DNA of 29,014 bases from an uncultured archaeon (GCA_964496765.1 CAZCAP010000003.1:68954-97967), one strand, 5' to 3'; shown: positions 17,952 to 26,193, numbered from the stretch's first letter. The notes: generated from the letters alone by a model not told the origin. Made by a program: numbers and translations.

Positions 17952-18581
17952 ATGAGTCCGAGAAAAGTTAGAATAACAAAACGCAAAATTCAAGAAGGTA
18001 CTGTAAAATCAAACAATCCTCGAAGTGAATACTATTCAGATTATTATTTAACACATGCAAATGATTTCCATACATATTATATTAAAAAAAAAATTAAATT
18101 ATTAAATGAACAATTAACAAACGAGAAGAATCTAAATAAGAGGAAAGAACTTGTTGAAGAAATAAATGCAATAAAAAATAACAAACCACGCCCTAGTTCT
18201 CAACAAAAAAAAGAGGAGATGAAACAAGCACTTCTGAAACATTTGGGACAAAAAAAATATGATGATATGGGTAGGCGTGTGTATCAATTCCAAAAAGGCG
18301 TTTTGTATTATGTTTATCTTCTTGGTGGGATTGAGCACATTTCTAAACTAACTATCCCAAAAGTTGTTGTGGATTATATTTACAATTCAACTTTCTATCC
18401 AAGTGATATTCCAATAGCTAATCTAGGAAGATTTGTTGAAATATATAATTATTATACAGCTATTCTTAAAAAAAGAGGAAGGGAATTATCAAAAAATGAG
18501 ATATCTTCATTTTATAAATATGCAAAAAATAAAAAAATGACCCAAAATAATTTTCTAGAGTATCTAAAGACCTGGAAATAA
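17952..18581 (+). CDS. Hypothetical basic protein with a C-terminal PIP-box-like motif
   Basis: 209 aa with a Lys/Arg-rich N-terminus (MSPRKVRITKRKIQ). The C-terminus ...QNNFLEYLKTWK matches Qxxhxxaa at 18543..18566. No family recognised. Confidence 0.6.
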   Translation: MSPRKVRITKRKIQEGTVKSNNPRSEYYSDYYLTHANDFHTYYIKKKIKLLNEQLTNEKNLNKRKELVEEINAIKNNKPRPSSQQKKEEMKQALLKHLGQKKYDDMGRRVYQFQKGVLYYVYLLGGIEHISKLTIPKVVVDYIYNSTFYPSDIPIANLGRFVEIYNYYTAILKKRGRELSKNEISSFYKYAKNKKMTQNNFLEYLKTWK

Positions 18582-18582
18582 T

Positions 18583-19500
18583 TTATTTATTTCCAATGGT
18601 GTACCTGTTTATCCATAAATAAAGAGATTCTGCAGAAAATACTCCTTCTTCTGTTATGAATTTATCAATTAGCTCATTGGGTACAATATCAAATGCTGGA
18701 TTTTTTATGTTTAGGTTCCTTGGTCTCCCGTCCATGGCATTCCAAACCTCACTTGCTTCTCTCTCTTCCACCTTCTCAGTTAGCATCAAAAGAGAATTGA
18801 TTTCACAGCAATGGGTGGTTGTTAAAACCACGTGTGGTGTTGAATATTTAGGACACACAGAAGAAATTAAGTTTGTTCCAACCTTATTCATTATGCTTCC
18901 ATCAGGAAACACAACATCAGCTCCTGTAAAAAAATAATTCATTTCCTTAAGATAATGGGTAACACTGGAATCAACAATCAAAGTTGTTTTAATTCCATAG
19001 TCTGAAAGATTCTTTGCAGTTATTCTTCCCTGATATCTAGGTCTTGTTTCTGTGCAATAAACTTCAAAATCCAGTCCCCTATCGTGTGCAATCTTAAACA
19101 TGTATTCAACCATTGTTGAATGGCAATGGGTTAAATACTTACCACCATTAACAATCATGTTTGATGCAATTTCACAAGCCTTTCTGTTTCCCTGCTTAGT
19201 TTTTTCCTCATATCCATTTATTTCTTCAATTAATTTTAAATGTGTTTCGTCAAACTTATGATTATTTGCTTCCGTTAATATAAAGTTTAATGAATTTCTA
19301 AGTTTAGGTTCGTTTGGTCTCTGCAAAATTAAATGATTTATATTTTCACTTAATTCTTTAATGAATTCTTCTCCAATTAATTCGTTCTTAATTATATATC
19401 CTTTTATTGCATCAATTGCAGCAATCTCAATATTGCTTGCTCCCTGAATCTTAATTTCTTTAATTTCCTTTGCAATTCTTAATACATCTATGTTAATCAT
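18583..19500 (-). CDS. eIF-2B alpha/beta/delta-family protein, e2b2-type ribose-1,5-bisphosphate isomerase
   Basis: 305 aa. By memory its pattern is close to the Thermococcus R15P isomerase: IQGASNIE, LTHCHS (catalytic Cys context), TETRPRYQGRITAKNL, TGADVV (Asp context) and NPAFDIVP. GAGGT lies about 8 nt upstream of the ATG. Confidence 0.8.
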   Translation of the reverse strand: MINIDVLRIAKEIKEIKIQGASNIEIAAIDAIKGYIIKNELIGEEFIKELSENINHLILQRPNEPKLRNSLNFILTEANNHKFDETHLKLIEEINGYEEKTKQGNRKACEIASNMIVNGGKYLTHCHSTMVEYMFKIAHDRGLDFEVYCTETRPRYQGRITAKNLSDYGIKTTLIVDSSVTHYLKEMNYFFTGADVVFPDGSIMNKVGTNLISSVCPKYSTPHVVLTTTHCCEINSLLMLTEKVEEREASEVWNAMDGRPRNLNIKNPAFDIVPNELIDKFITEEGVFSAESLYLWINRYTIGNK

Positions 19501-19636
19501 ATTTTTTACCTCGTTTCCTTAAAGAAGAGGTACGATATTATATTTATAAAGGTTTCTCAACATATATTATATATACTTTTTTTATCAAGAGTTAAATTTA
19601 TTTAGTTATCGCTAAGATTAGGGAGCGTGAGAAAAT

Positions 19637-20740
19637 TTGATTAATACAAATATGAGCAAGAAACAACAAACTGTTGAACAACCATCTCAAATAATGAGTG
19701 CAGAGGACAAGGAACTTGAAGAATTCCTGAATGCATCTTTACCAAACATCTATGTTTTTGGAGTTGGTGGAAGTGGTAATAATACACTTATGAGAATGCA
19801 TACAATTGGGATTGAAGGTGCTAAGACCATTGCATTAAATACAGATGCTCAGGCACTTATAAAAACCATTTCTGATAAAAAGATATTAATTGGGAAAAAA
19901 ACAACTAAGGGTCTCGGAGCTGGTTCAAATCCTGATGTTGGAGAGGCAGCTGCTGAAGAATCAAAAGAAGAACTTAAAAAAATAATTTCTGGAGCTGACA
20001 TGGTATTTATTACCTGTGGGCTAGGTGGAGGAACAGGAACAGGTGCTGCACCAGTTATTGCTGGGCTCTCAAAAGAAATTGGAGCACTCACCATAGGAGT
20101 TGCAACATTACCTTTTGCAGTTGAAGGTAAAAGAAGAATAGATAATGCTTTATCTGGTCTTGAAAAACTAAGAAAAGAAGTTGATACATTAATATTAATT
20201 CCAAACGATAAGATATTAGAGATTGCACCAGATCTTCCTCTGCAGATTGCTTTCCAAGAGGTTGATAAAATATTAACTGAAGCAGTTAAAGGAATTGTTG
20301 AATTAATTACAAGAGCAGGAATAATTAATCTTGATTTTGCAGATCTTAAAACCATTCTTTCAAAGGGAGGGATGGCAATGATTGGGGTTGGAGAATCATC
20401 AACAGAGAGAGCAAATGATCAAAGAGCAATGCAGGCTGTTGAGAATGCATTAACATCACCATTGCTAGACATAGATATTTCAACATCCACTAGAGCACTA
20501 GTAAACGTTCTTGGTGGAAATGATTTAACACTTAAGGAAGCAGAATTAATTGTTGAAACCGTTGCATCAAAAATAAACGAGGATGCGCACATAATTTGGG
20601 GTGCAATGATTGATGATGGAATAGGAAGAAACACAGTTAGAGTTATGGTTGTTATTGCTGGAGCAACAATACCTTATCTTGATGGCAACAATAATCAGGA
20701 TACTTCTGAAGATTTAGATTTTGGAGTAGATAGTATTTAA
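19637..20740 (+). CDS. ftsZ: Cell division GTPase FtsZ
   Basis: It has GVGGSGNN, NTDAQAL and the tubulin signature GLGGGTGTGAAPV. An acidic C-terminal peptide ends DLDFGVDSI. The TTG at 19637 has GCGTGAG 5 nt upstream. The first ATG is at 19652, so the start is ambiguous. Confidence 0.93.
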   Translation: MINTNMSKKQQTVEQPSQIMSAEDKELEEFLNASLPNIYVFGVGGSGNNTLMRMHTIGIEGAKTIALNTDAQALIKTISDKKILIGKKTTKGLGAGSNPDVGEAAAEESKEELKKIISGADMVFITCGLGGGTGTGAAPVIAGLSKEIGALTIGVATLPFAVEGKRRIDNALSGLEKLRKEVDTLILIPNDKILEIAPDLPLQIAFQEVDKILTEAVKGIVELITRAGIINLDFADLKTILSKGGMAMIGVGESSTERANDQRAMQAVENALTSPLLDIDISTSTRALVNVLGGNDLTLKEAELIVETVASKINEDAHIIWGAMIDDGIGRNTVRVMVVIAGATIPYLDGNNNQDTSEDLDFGVDSI

Positions 20741-20774
20741 TTAAATTAACTCTTAAAAAAGGAGATGATTATAG

Positions 20775-21068
20775 ATGCCAAGAAAGAAACAAATAGTAAG
20801 AGCCAAGATCGTTAATGACGTAATTATTCCAAAAAAAAGTAAACTTATAAAAGTAAGCAGATCAGCTTCAAATCAAAATATATCAAAAGTTATTGGTGAA
20901 CTAGAAAGAAACCCACATCTTATGAAAGATGTATTAGTATTAACCCATAGAGAAAAAGGTATTAAGGGTGTTAATGAATTAATAAAAAAACATCCCTTTT
21001 TAATGGAATTTTTAACTAGAGAAAAAATAATTACAAAAGAACAAATACGTGCAAAAAGAAAAAAATAA
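20775..21068 (+). CDS. Hypothetical small basic protein inserted between ftsZ and secE
   Basis: 97 aa with a strong SD, GGAGATGAT, at 20761..20769, 5 nt upstream of the ATG. Both termini are Lys/Arg-rich. No family recognised. Confidence 0.55.
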   Translation: MPRKKQIVRAKIVNDVIIPKKSKLIKVSRSASNQNISKVIGELERNPHLMKDVLVLTHREKGIKGVNELIKKHPFLMEFLTREKIITKEQIRAKRKK

Positions 21069-21082
21069 ATTTGTGAATAAAT

Positions 21083-21265
21083 ATGAAATTAATGGATAGA
21101 TTTAAAGCATTTATGTCTTCTTCAAGAAGAATAATTTCAATTTCCCAAAAACCAAGCAAAAAAGAGTTTTGGTTAATGGCTAAAATCATTGGACTGGGTA
21201 TAATAATAATTGGAGTTATTGGTTATTTAATTAAATTAATTATGCAAACATTAGGATTCTTTTAA
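21083..21265 (+). CDS. secE: Protein translocase subunit SecE / Sec61-gamma
   Basis: 60 aa. It has a basic N-terminal segment and a single C-terminal TM helix (FWLMAKIIGLGIIIIGVIGYLI). It occupies the conserved position just upstream of spt5-rpl11. Confidence 0.8.
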   Translation: MKLMDRFKAFMSSSRRIISISQKPSKKEFWLMAKIIGLGIIIIGVIGYLIKLIMQTLGFF

Positions 21266-21292
21266 GATTCCAGACAGGGCAAGTGATAAATT

Positions 21293-21730
21293 ATGATTTT
21301 TACAATAAGAACTACTGTTGGCCAGGAAAAGGTTATTATTGACATGCTCCATAATAGGGCAAGACAGGAAGAACTAGAGGTTTATTCTCTAGTAGAGATG
21401 GCTGATCTTAAGGGTTATATTCTTGTTGAGGCTGATTCAGAAAAAACTGTTGAAATATTAATTCACAATGTTCCTCATATTAAAGGTGGAAAGATAGTTG
21501 AAGGAAAAATAGATATTAAAGAAATTGCTGGTGTTCTTGAATCTCGTCCACTTATGACCTCATTAAAACCAGGAAACACAGTTGAAATAATTCTTGGTCC
21601 ATTTAAGGGTTCACGTGCAAAGATAATTAGAGTTAATCTTGCAAAAGAAGAGGTTGTTATTGAACTATTTGATGCAACCGTAAAAATACCAATTACAATA
21701 AAAGCAGAGAACGTTAAGGTTCTAAACTAA
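21293..21730 (+). CDS. spt5: Transcription elongation factor Spt5 (archaeal NusG)
   Basis: 145 aa with an NGN domain followed by the KOW motif GPFKGSRAKIIRV. GTGAT at 21283..21287 lies 5 nt upstream of the ATG. Confidence 0.9.
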   Translation: MIFTIRTTVGQEKVIIDMLHNRARQEELEVYSLVEMADLKGYILVEADSEKTVEILIHNVPHIKGGKIVEGKIDIKEIAGVLESRPLMTSLKPGNTVEIILGPFKGSRAKIIRVNLAKEEVVIELFDATVKIPITIKAENVKVLN

Positions 21731-21764
21731 AAAAAGAATGATTAAAAAGAAGAGTGATTAAAAT

Positions 21765-22229
21765 ATGACACAAACAATAAAAGTTTTAATAGATTCAGGA
21801 CATGCAAACGCAGGTCCACCAATTGGTCCAGCACTTGGTCCAATAGGAGTAAATACAATGAATGTTGTAAACAAGATTAATGAGCTTACAAAGGATCTTG
21901 AAGGAATTACAGTTCCTGTTTCAATAATTATTGATAATAGTAAGAATTTCACAATTGAAGTTGGTTCACCAATGACCAGTGCTTTAATTAAGAAAGAATT
22001 AAATATTAAAAAAGGAACTGGAAAAGCAGGAACTGAGGTTACTGGTAATCTAAGTTTTGATCTGGTTAGAAAGGTAGCAAGAGCTAAATATAATCAATTA
22101 ATTTCAAAAACCGAAAAATCTGCAATTCTTGAAGTTCTTGGAACCTGTAGAACAATGGGTGTTACTGTTGATAATGCATCAATTAAAGAAGTAACTGCTA
22201 AGGTTAAATCAGGGGAATATAAGTTATAA
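21765..22229 (+). CDS. rpl11: Large-subunit ribosomal protein uL11
   Basis: 154 aa with the signature GPPIGPALGPIGVN. GTGAT at 21754..21758 lies upstream. Confidence 0.95.
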   Translation: MTQTIKVLIDSGHANAGPPIGPALGPIGVNTMNVVNKINELTKDLEGITVPVSIIIDNSKNFTIEVGSPMTSALIKKELNIKKGTGKAGTEVTGNLSFDLVRKVARAKYNQLISKTEKSAILEVLGTCRTMGVTVDNASIKEVTAKVKSGEYKL

Positions 22230-22244
22230 ACCCCCTTTCAATTA

Positions 22245-22256
22245 TTTTTCTTTTTT
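22245..22256 (+). terminator. Oligo-T terminator after rpl11
   Basis: TTTTTCTTTTTT begins 16 nt after the rpl11 stop and is followed by a 110-nt AT-rich spacer. Confidence 0.5.
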
Positions 22257-22366
22257 CTATTAGAATTATAATCAGATATTTATCTAATTTTTTATAAAAG
22301 AATAGATTTTTATATACTTTATTATTATATCTTATAAGTAAAATATATTTTGTGAGGAGATTTTAG

Positions 22367-22960
22367 ATGAAATTTAAGATATTAATCATATTATTAGTAT
22401 TAGCCTTATTCTTGCCTATCGTGCATTCCTATGCAGACTATGGTATTAATGATGTAAATGTTCCCCAATCAATTAAGGAAGGAGAGGATCTGAACTCTAT
22501 CGTGCATTCCTATGCAGACTATGGTATTAATGATGTAAATGTTCCCCAATCAATTAAGGAAGGAGAGGATCTGAACTATTCAATAACCCTTTCAAACAAT
22601 AGTGCAATGCCAAAGAATATAGATGTAAGTGTGTTTATAATAGCCCCAACGGGATCAATTGTTTATACTGTTGTTCCTGGGCCATATAATGTTGCTGCAA
22701 ACACTACAGATACATTCCCTGATACAATAACAGCTGCTGATTATAATTTTTTAAATTCAACAGAACCCTATTCAATTTATGTATCAATAACAAATGAAGG
22801 TGCCACAGGTAATCTTGCAAATAATACCTATACAAAATATTTCACAGTAAGAAAGAGTAGCCAAAAGGTTCCTGTTCCTGATATGCCTATTGTTCTAGGA
22901 ATAGTTCTTGCAATCTCAATTGTTTTTATTTTAGCAAGAGAAAACAAATCAAAAAAATAA
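22367..22960 (+). CDS. Membrane-anchored surface protein (Ig-like/CARDB-like ectodomain is possible) with an internal 27-aa duplication
   Basis: 197 aa. It has the signal peptide MKFKILIILLVLALFLPIVHS and a C-terminal TM helix (MPIVLGIVLAISIVFIL) with a basic tail. It carries many N-x-S/T sequons (NYS, NNS, NTT, NST, NNT). GAGGAG lies 7 nt upstream of the ATG. Confidence 0.7.
   Translation: MKFKILIILLVLALFLPIVHSYADYGINDVNVPQSIKEGEDLNSIVHSYADYGINDVNVPQSIKEGEDLNYSITLSNNSAMPKNIDVSVFIIAPTGSIVYTVVPGPYNVAANTTDTFPDTITAADYNFLNSTEPYSIYVSITNEGATGNLANNTYTKYFTVRKSSQKVPVPDMPIVLGIVLAISIVFILARENKSKK
22416..22577. repeat. Perfect tandem direct duplication, 2 x 81 bp, in frame
   Basis: 22416..22496 and 22497..22577 read identically (CTATCGTGCATTCCTATGCAGACTATGG...GAGGATCTGAACT). 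Together the two copies read IVHSYADYGINDVNVPQSIKEGEDLN-S-IVHSYADYGINDVNVPQSIKEGEDLN-Y in the protein. Confidence 0.95.
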
Positions 22961-22974
22961 AGAATAGATAAATT

Positions 22975-23889
22975 ATGGAATTAGAAATCATAAATAAACA
23001 CATTCTAGCTGGTGAGATTAATCATAGTGCACAAAAGCTTGCACAAAAGCTTATTAAACCAGGAGTTAACTTATTTGAAGTTGGAGAAAAAATCAATTCA
23101 TTCATTTTAGAAAACAAGGGAGTTCCTGCGTGGCCTGTTAATTTATCAATTAATCATGAGGCTGCACATAATACCTATAATCCAGAAAAGCAATATATCC
23201 TAAATGAAGAGGATATCCTAAAGGTTGATATTGGAGTCTCTATTGATGGTTATATATCAGATTCAGCAAGAACATTTATATTTTCAAAAAAACAGGAAAA
23301 ACTAAAGGAAGCTAGTGATAAAGCTCTTGCAAACACAAAAAAGTTCTTAATTGAAAACACAAAAAATGCAACCATTTCTGATGTGGGAACAATAATAGAA
23401 AACACAATTAGATCCTATAATTATAAACCAATAATAAATTTAACAGGGCATGTTCTTGGTCACTACCACGTACATGATAATCCATCCATTCCTAATGTGA
23501 AGAATGGAATTAAAACTAAGTTTTCAGAAATTGATAAAGCCTTTGCTATTGAACCTTTCTCATCCACAGGTGATGGATTTGTTAATGAGGGAGATGAGGT
23601 GTTAATATTTGAATATATAGAGGATAGGCCACTAAGAAATAAAGAAGCAAAAATTCTTCTAGAAGAAATTAAAAGATATAATGGGCTTCCCTTTTCAGAA
23701 GTGTGGATAGGAAAGGGAATGACTAACTTTGCAAAAAAGTTTGCACTAAGAGAACTATTAAAAACTGAAGCAATTGCTTCCTACCCAGTTTTAATTGACA
23801 AGAAAGGAAGTTTTGTTAGTCAAGCAGAAACCAGTTTTATAATTACAAAGGATGGATTAATTGATTTGGTGAAGGTTGATGAACTTTAG
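22975..23889 (+). CDS. map: Methionine aminopeptidase, type 2 (archaeal)
   Basis: 304 aa with a pita-bread fold pattern. Metal-ligand contexts are KVDIGVSIDGYISDSARTF, LTGHVLGHY, FAIEPF and QAETSF. The length and an inserted helical segment fit the type 2 enzyme. Confidence 0.88.
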   Translation: MELEIINKHILAGEINHSAQKLAQKLIKPGVNLFEVGEKINSFILENKGVPAWPVNLSINHEAAHNTYNPEKQYILNEEDILKVDIGVSIDGYISDSARTFIFSKKQEKLKEASDKALANTKKFLIENTKNATISDVGTIIENTIRSYNYKPIINLTGHVLGHYHVHDNPSIPNVKNGIKTKFSEIDKAFAIEPFSSTGDGFVNEGDEVLIFEYIEDRPLRNKEAKILLEEIKRYNGLPFSEVWIGKGMTNFAKKFALRELLKTEAIASYPVLIDKKGSFVSQAETSFIITKDGLIDLVKVDEL

Positions 23890-24865
23890 GGAAGATTTTC
23901 TAACTAAACAAAGTCTGTTAAAAGTAATTCTATTATTTGTATCAATATTAATTTGGATTTATTTTTATACTGCCTCCAGGGTATCATTAAACATACTAAT
24001 AATTTTTGATTTACCATCAATCATAAATACATTTTTCACATTGAACTTTGCACTTTTCCTATTATTATTTCCTCTAACCTCCTGCATTGCAATTGCGCTA
24101 TCAAAGGGAGATGATCTTTCACTTGATATTCTTCAGGTTTCCACAGGTATTCTTCTAGGGGTACTTATTGGAGCACTTCTATTTGGGCTTGGAACAACCT
24201 TTTTATTATTTGGATTATTTTATTTAGCAGCACACGTTATTCTAGAAATACTTTCTCACAATAAGTTTAAAGAAAAAGAAAGTAGAAAATTATTTTCAAT
24301 AAGTAATTATGCAACATCCAGAATTGGTATTTTATTAACCATAGCTCTAGTTGTTGTTATGATTATTGCTATTTTTCCACATCAAAGAGAATCTGCACAA
24401 TCTATGGAGGCAGGAATAGTAAACATGTTCGTTGGTGATGATCTAAGTAATTGGCTAGGAACATCCTACAACATAAATAAAATAAGTACAAAAGCATCAG
24501 TTGATTATATTGTTTCCTCTCCTGAATATAAGAGCCTATCTACTGCAAACAATAAAGTTGTAGAGGATTTTACTGATTTCATGAGTGACCTATCCTCTGA
24601 TCTTAAAAAACCAACAACTGAAAAGGACATAAGACAAGCCTATGCAAATCTGGATGATGCAAAACTAAAGCAACAAATATTTGATACCATTCATTCAATT
24701 CCTTTACTTATAATTGTTGAAGAATATTTCGCGGTTGTGTTCGCTCTGCTGATGGCATCCATTGCCCAATTGTACTTTACAATCGCTTTTTCGTTAGTAG
24801 GAATTCTTTATGTTTATATTTTTTATAAATTGTTTTCAGAAGATGAAGACAAGGAGAACGTGTGA
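23879..24865 (+). CDS. Hypothetical polytopic membrane protein
   Basis: About 328 aa. The ATG at 23879 overlaps the map 3' end by 11 nt (the track starts at TTG 23876). It has about 5-6 TM helices with a roughly 110-aa soluble loop before the last TM region, and an acidic tail. No family recognised. Confidence 0.6.
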   Translation: MNFREDFLTKQSLLKVILLFVSILIWIYFYTASRVSLNILIIFDLPSIINTFFTLNFALFLLLFPLTSCIAIALSKGDDLSLDILQVSTGILLGVLIGALLFGLGTTFLLFGLFYLAAHVILEILSHNKFKEKESRKLFSISNYATSRIGILLTIALVVVMIIAIFPHQRESAQSMEAGIVNMFVGDDLSNWLGTSYNINKISTKASVDYIVSSPEYKSLSTANNKVVEDFTDFMSDLSSDLKKPTTEKDIRQAYANLDDAKLKQQIFDTIHSIPLLIIVEEYFAVVFALLMASIAQLYFTIAFSLVGILYVYIFYKLFSEDEDKENV

Positions 24866-24871
24866 AGCAAG

Positions 24872-26191
24872 ATGAGATTAATTAATTACACACTACTAAT
24901 AATTGGCTTATTAATTTTTGGTTCACAAATTCATGCAATCTCTCTTTTTAATGCACAGGATATTTCAAAAACCTATTTACAAACAAATGAGCTGATTGAT
25001 GCTTTTTCTCAGGGAAGTATATCCTGTGATAAAAACAACTATTTTGTTATTCCAATAATTTCAAACTCCAATGATCTTTCCTTTTTTGTAATAATCTCTG
25101 AAAAGGATGGAGTGGTTTATTCAAGAAAAGATGAAACCACAGCAATTAATTTAATAAAATCAGAGTATATTTTAAGAACCCTATATTATTCAAATACCAC
25201 AAATTATTTATCAACCCAGCTATTTGATAGAATGGATAGACTAATTTCTGTACTTAACTCTAAAAAGTCTAGACTTGAAGGCTTAATTGCAACTGATTAT
25301 CCCTATGATGTTAAATCAGAGATTACAACCACAAAGAATAAGCTTGTTACACTAACCACATCTCTTGAGGTTCTAAAAAATAATCTGAAGGAGATGTACG
25401 ATCTTCAGCAGACATTTGTGTATTCTCCTAACTGTTCAAATCAGAATGCTCTAATAGGTAAGTTCAGTTCTTCATTTATTGGCTATTCTGATATATCCGA
25501 GCAATCATTGGATTATCTTGATTCAATTGATACTGCAACAAAAATAATTGTTGCAAGTGATGGCCTATCGGATGATGATAAGAGAAGCATACTTAGTTTT
25601 ATAGGTCCGCCAACAAGCCTAAACTCAGAAATCACATTTATTTATGATTCATTATCCTCAACCAATAAGTTCTATTCAGATATTGTTCTAACAGTAAGCA
25701 ACACAACCAATAACAAGGGATTAATGCTTTACTATAATAATTTTTTATCAAGACAGGATTATGTAACTGCAAAATCAATGTTATTTGATTTTGATTCTGA
25801 TTTTCCAAAATACAATAGTTTGGATAGTGTGCTACAGGTTATTATTGATCCAACTAATATAATTTATTGGCAGGCCCAGGATGATGTGGACACAATTACT
25901 TCAGAATATACAATTATCAAGGAGCAATACGCAAAAGGCCAATACAAGGATGTAATCAAGAGGCTACCTGGAATTAAAAGTAAAGCAGAAAACGTATTAA
26001 CCGAGGGTTATGTTGTTTATCAAGATGAAACTAGTACTCTCTACTATTGGTTTGCTGGTGGAATTATTCTTGTGATCCTAATTATAATTGTTGTTAGAAG
26101 AATTAATTTTAAAAACAAGAAAAACAAACCAAGAAAAGAAAAAAATAAAAATGATTTCTTAGAAACTAGTGATGATTCTCTTTTTGGTTAA
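24872..26191 (+). CDS. Hypothetical secreted protein with a C-terminal membrane anchor
   Basis: 439 aa. It has the signal peptide MRLINYTLLIIGLLIFGSQIHA and a C-terminal TM helix (WFAGGIILVILIIIVV) with a Lys-rich tail. It carries several N-x-S/T sequons. It starts 6 nt after the upstream ORF. Confidence 0.6.
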   Translation: MRLINYTLLIIGLLIFGSQIHAISLFNAQDISKTYLQTNELIDAFSQGSISCDKNNYFVIPIISNSNDLSFFVIISEKDGVVYSRKDETTAINLIKSEYILRTLYYSNTTNYLSTQLFDRMDRLISVLNSKKSRLEGLIATDYPYDVKSEITTTKNKLVTLTTSLEVLKNNLKEMYDLQQTFVYSPNCSNQNALIGKFSSSFIGYSDISEQSLDYLDSIDTATKIIVASDGLSDDDKRSILSFIGPPTSLNSEITFIYDSLSSTNKFYSDIVLTVSNTTNNKGLMLYYNNFLSRQDYVTAKSMLFDFDSDFPKYNSLDSVLQVIIDPTNIIYWQAQDDVDTITSEYTIIKEQYAKGQYKDVIKRLPGIKSKAENVLTEGYVVYQDETSTLYYWFAGGIILVILIIIVVRRINFKNKKNKPRKEKNKNDFLETSDDSLFG

Positions 26192-26193
26192 TA

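Noticed and set aside
19849-20355. 168-aa ORF antisense to ftsZ
   Set aside because: It lies entirely inside the well-supported ftsZ frame. Its sequence is Ser/Pro/Ala-rich and low in complexity, as expected from the reverse complement of Gly/Ala/Thr-rich FtsZ codons. It has no SD or promoter context.
21765-22366. rpl11 is not followed by the rpl1-rpl10-rpl12 genes
   Set aside because: It is tempting to call this an operon break. From memory, however, L11 is also separated from L1/L10/L12 in other archaea such as Methanocaldococcus, so it is not unusual enough to report.
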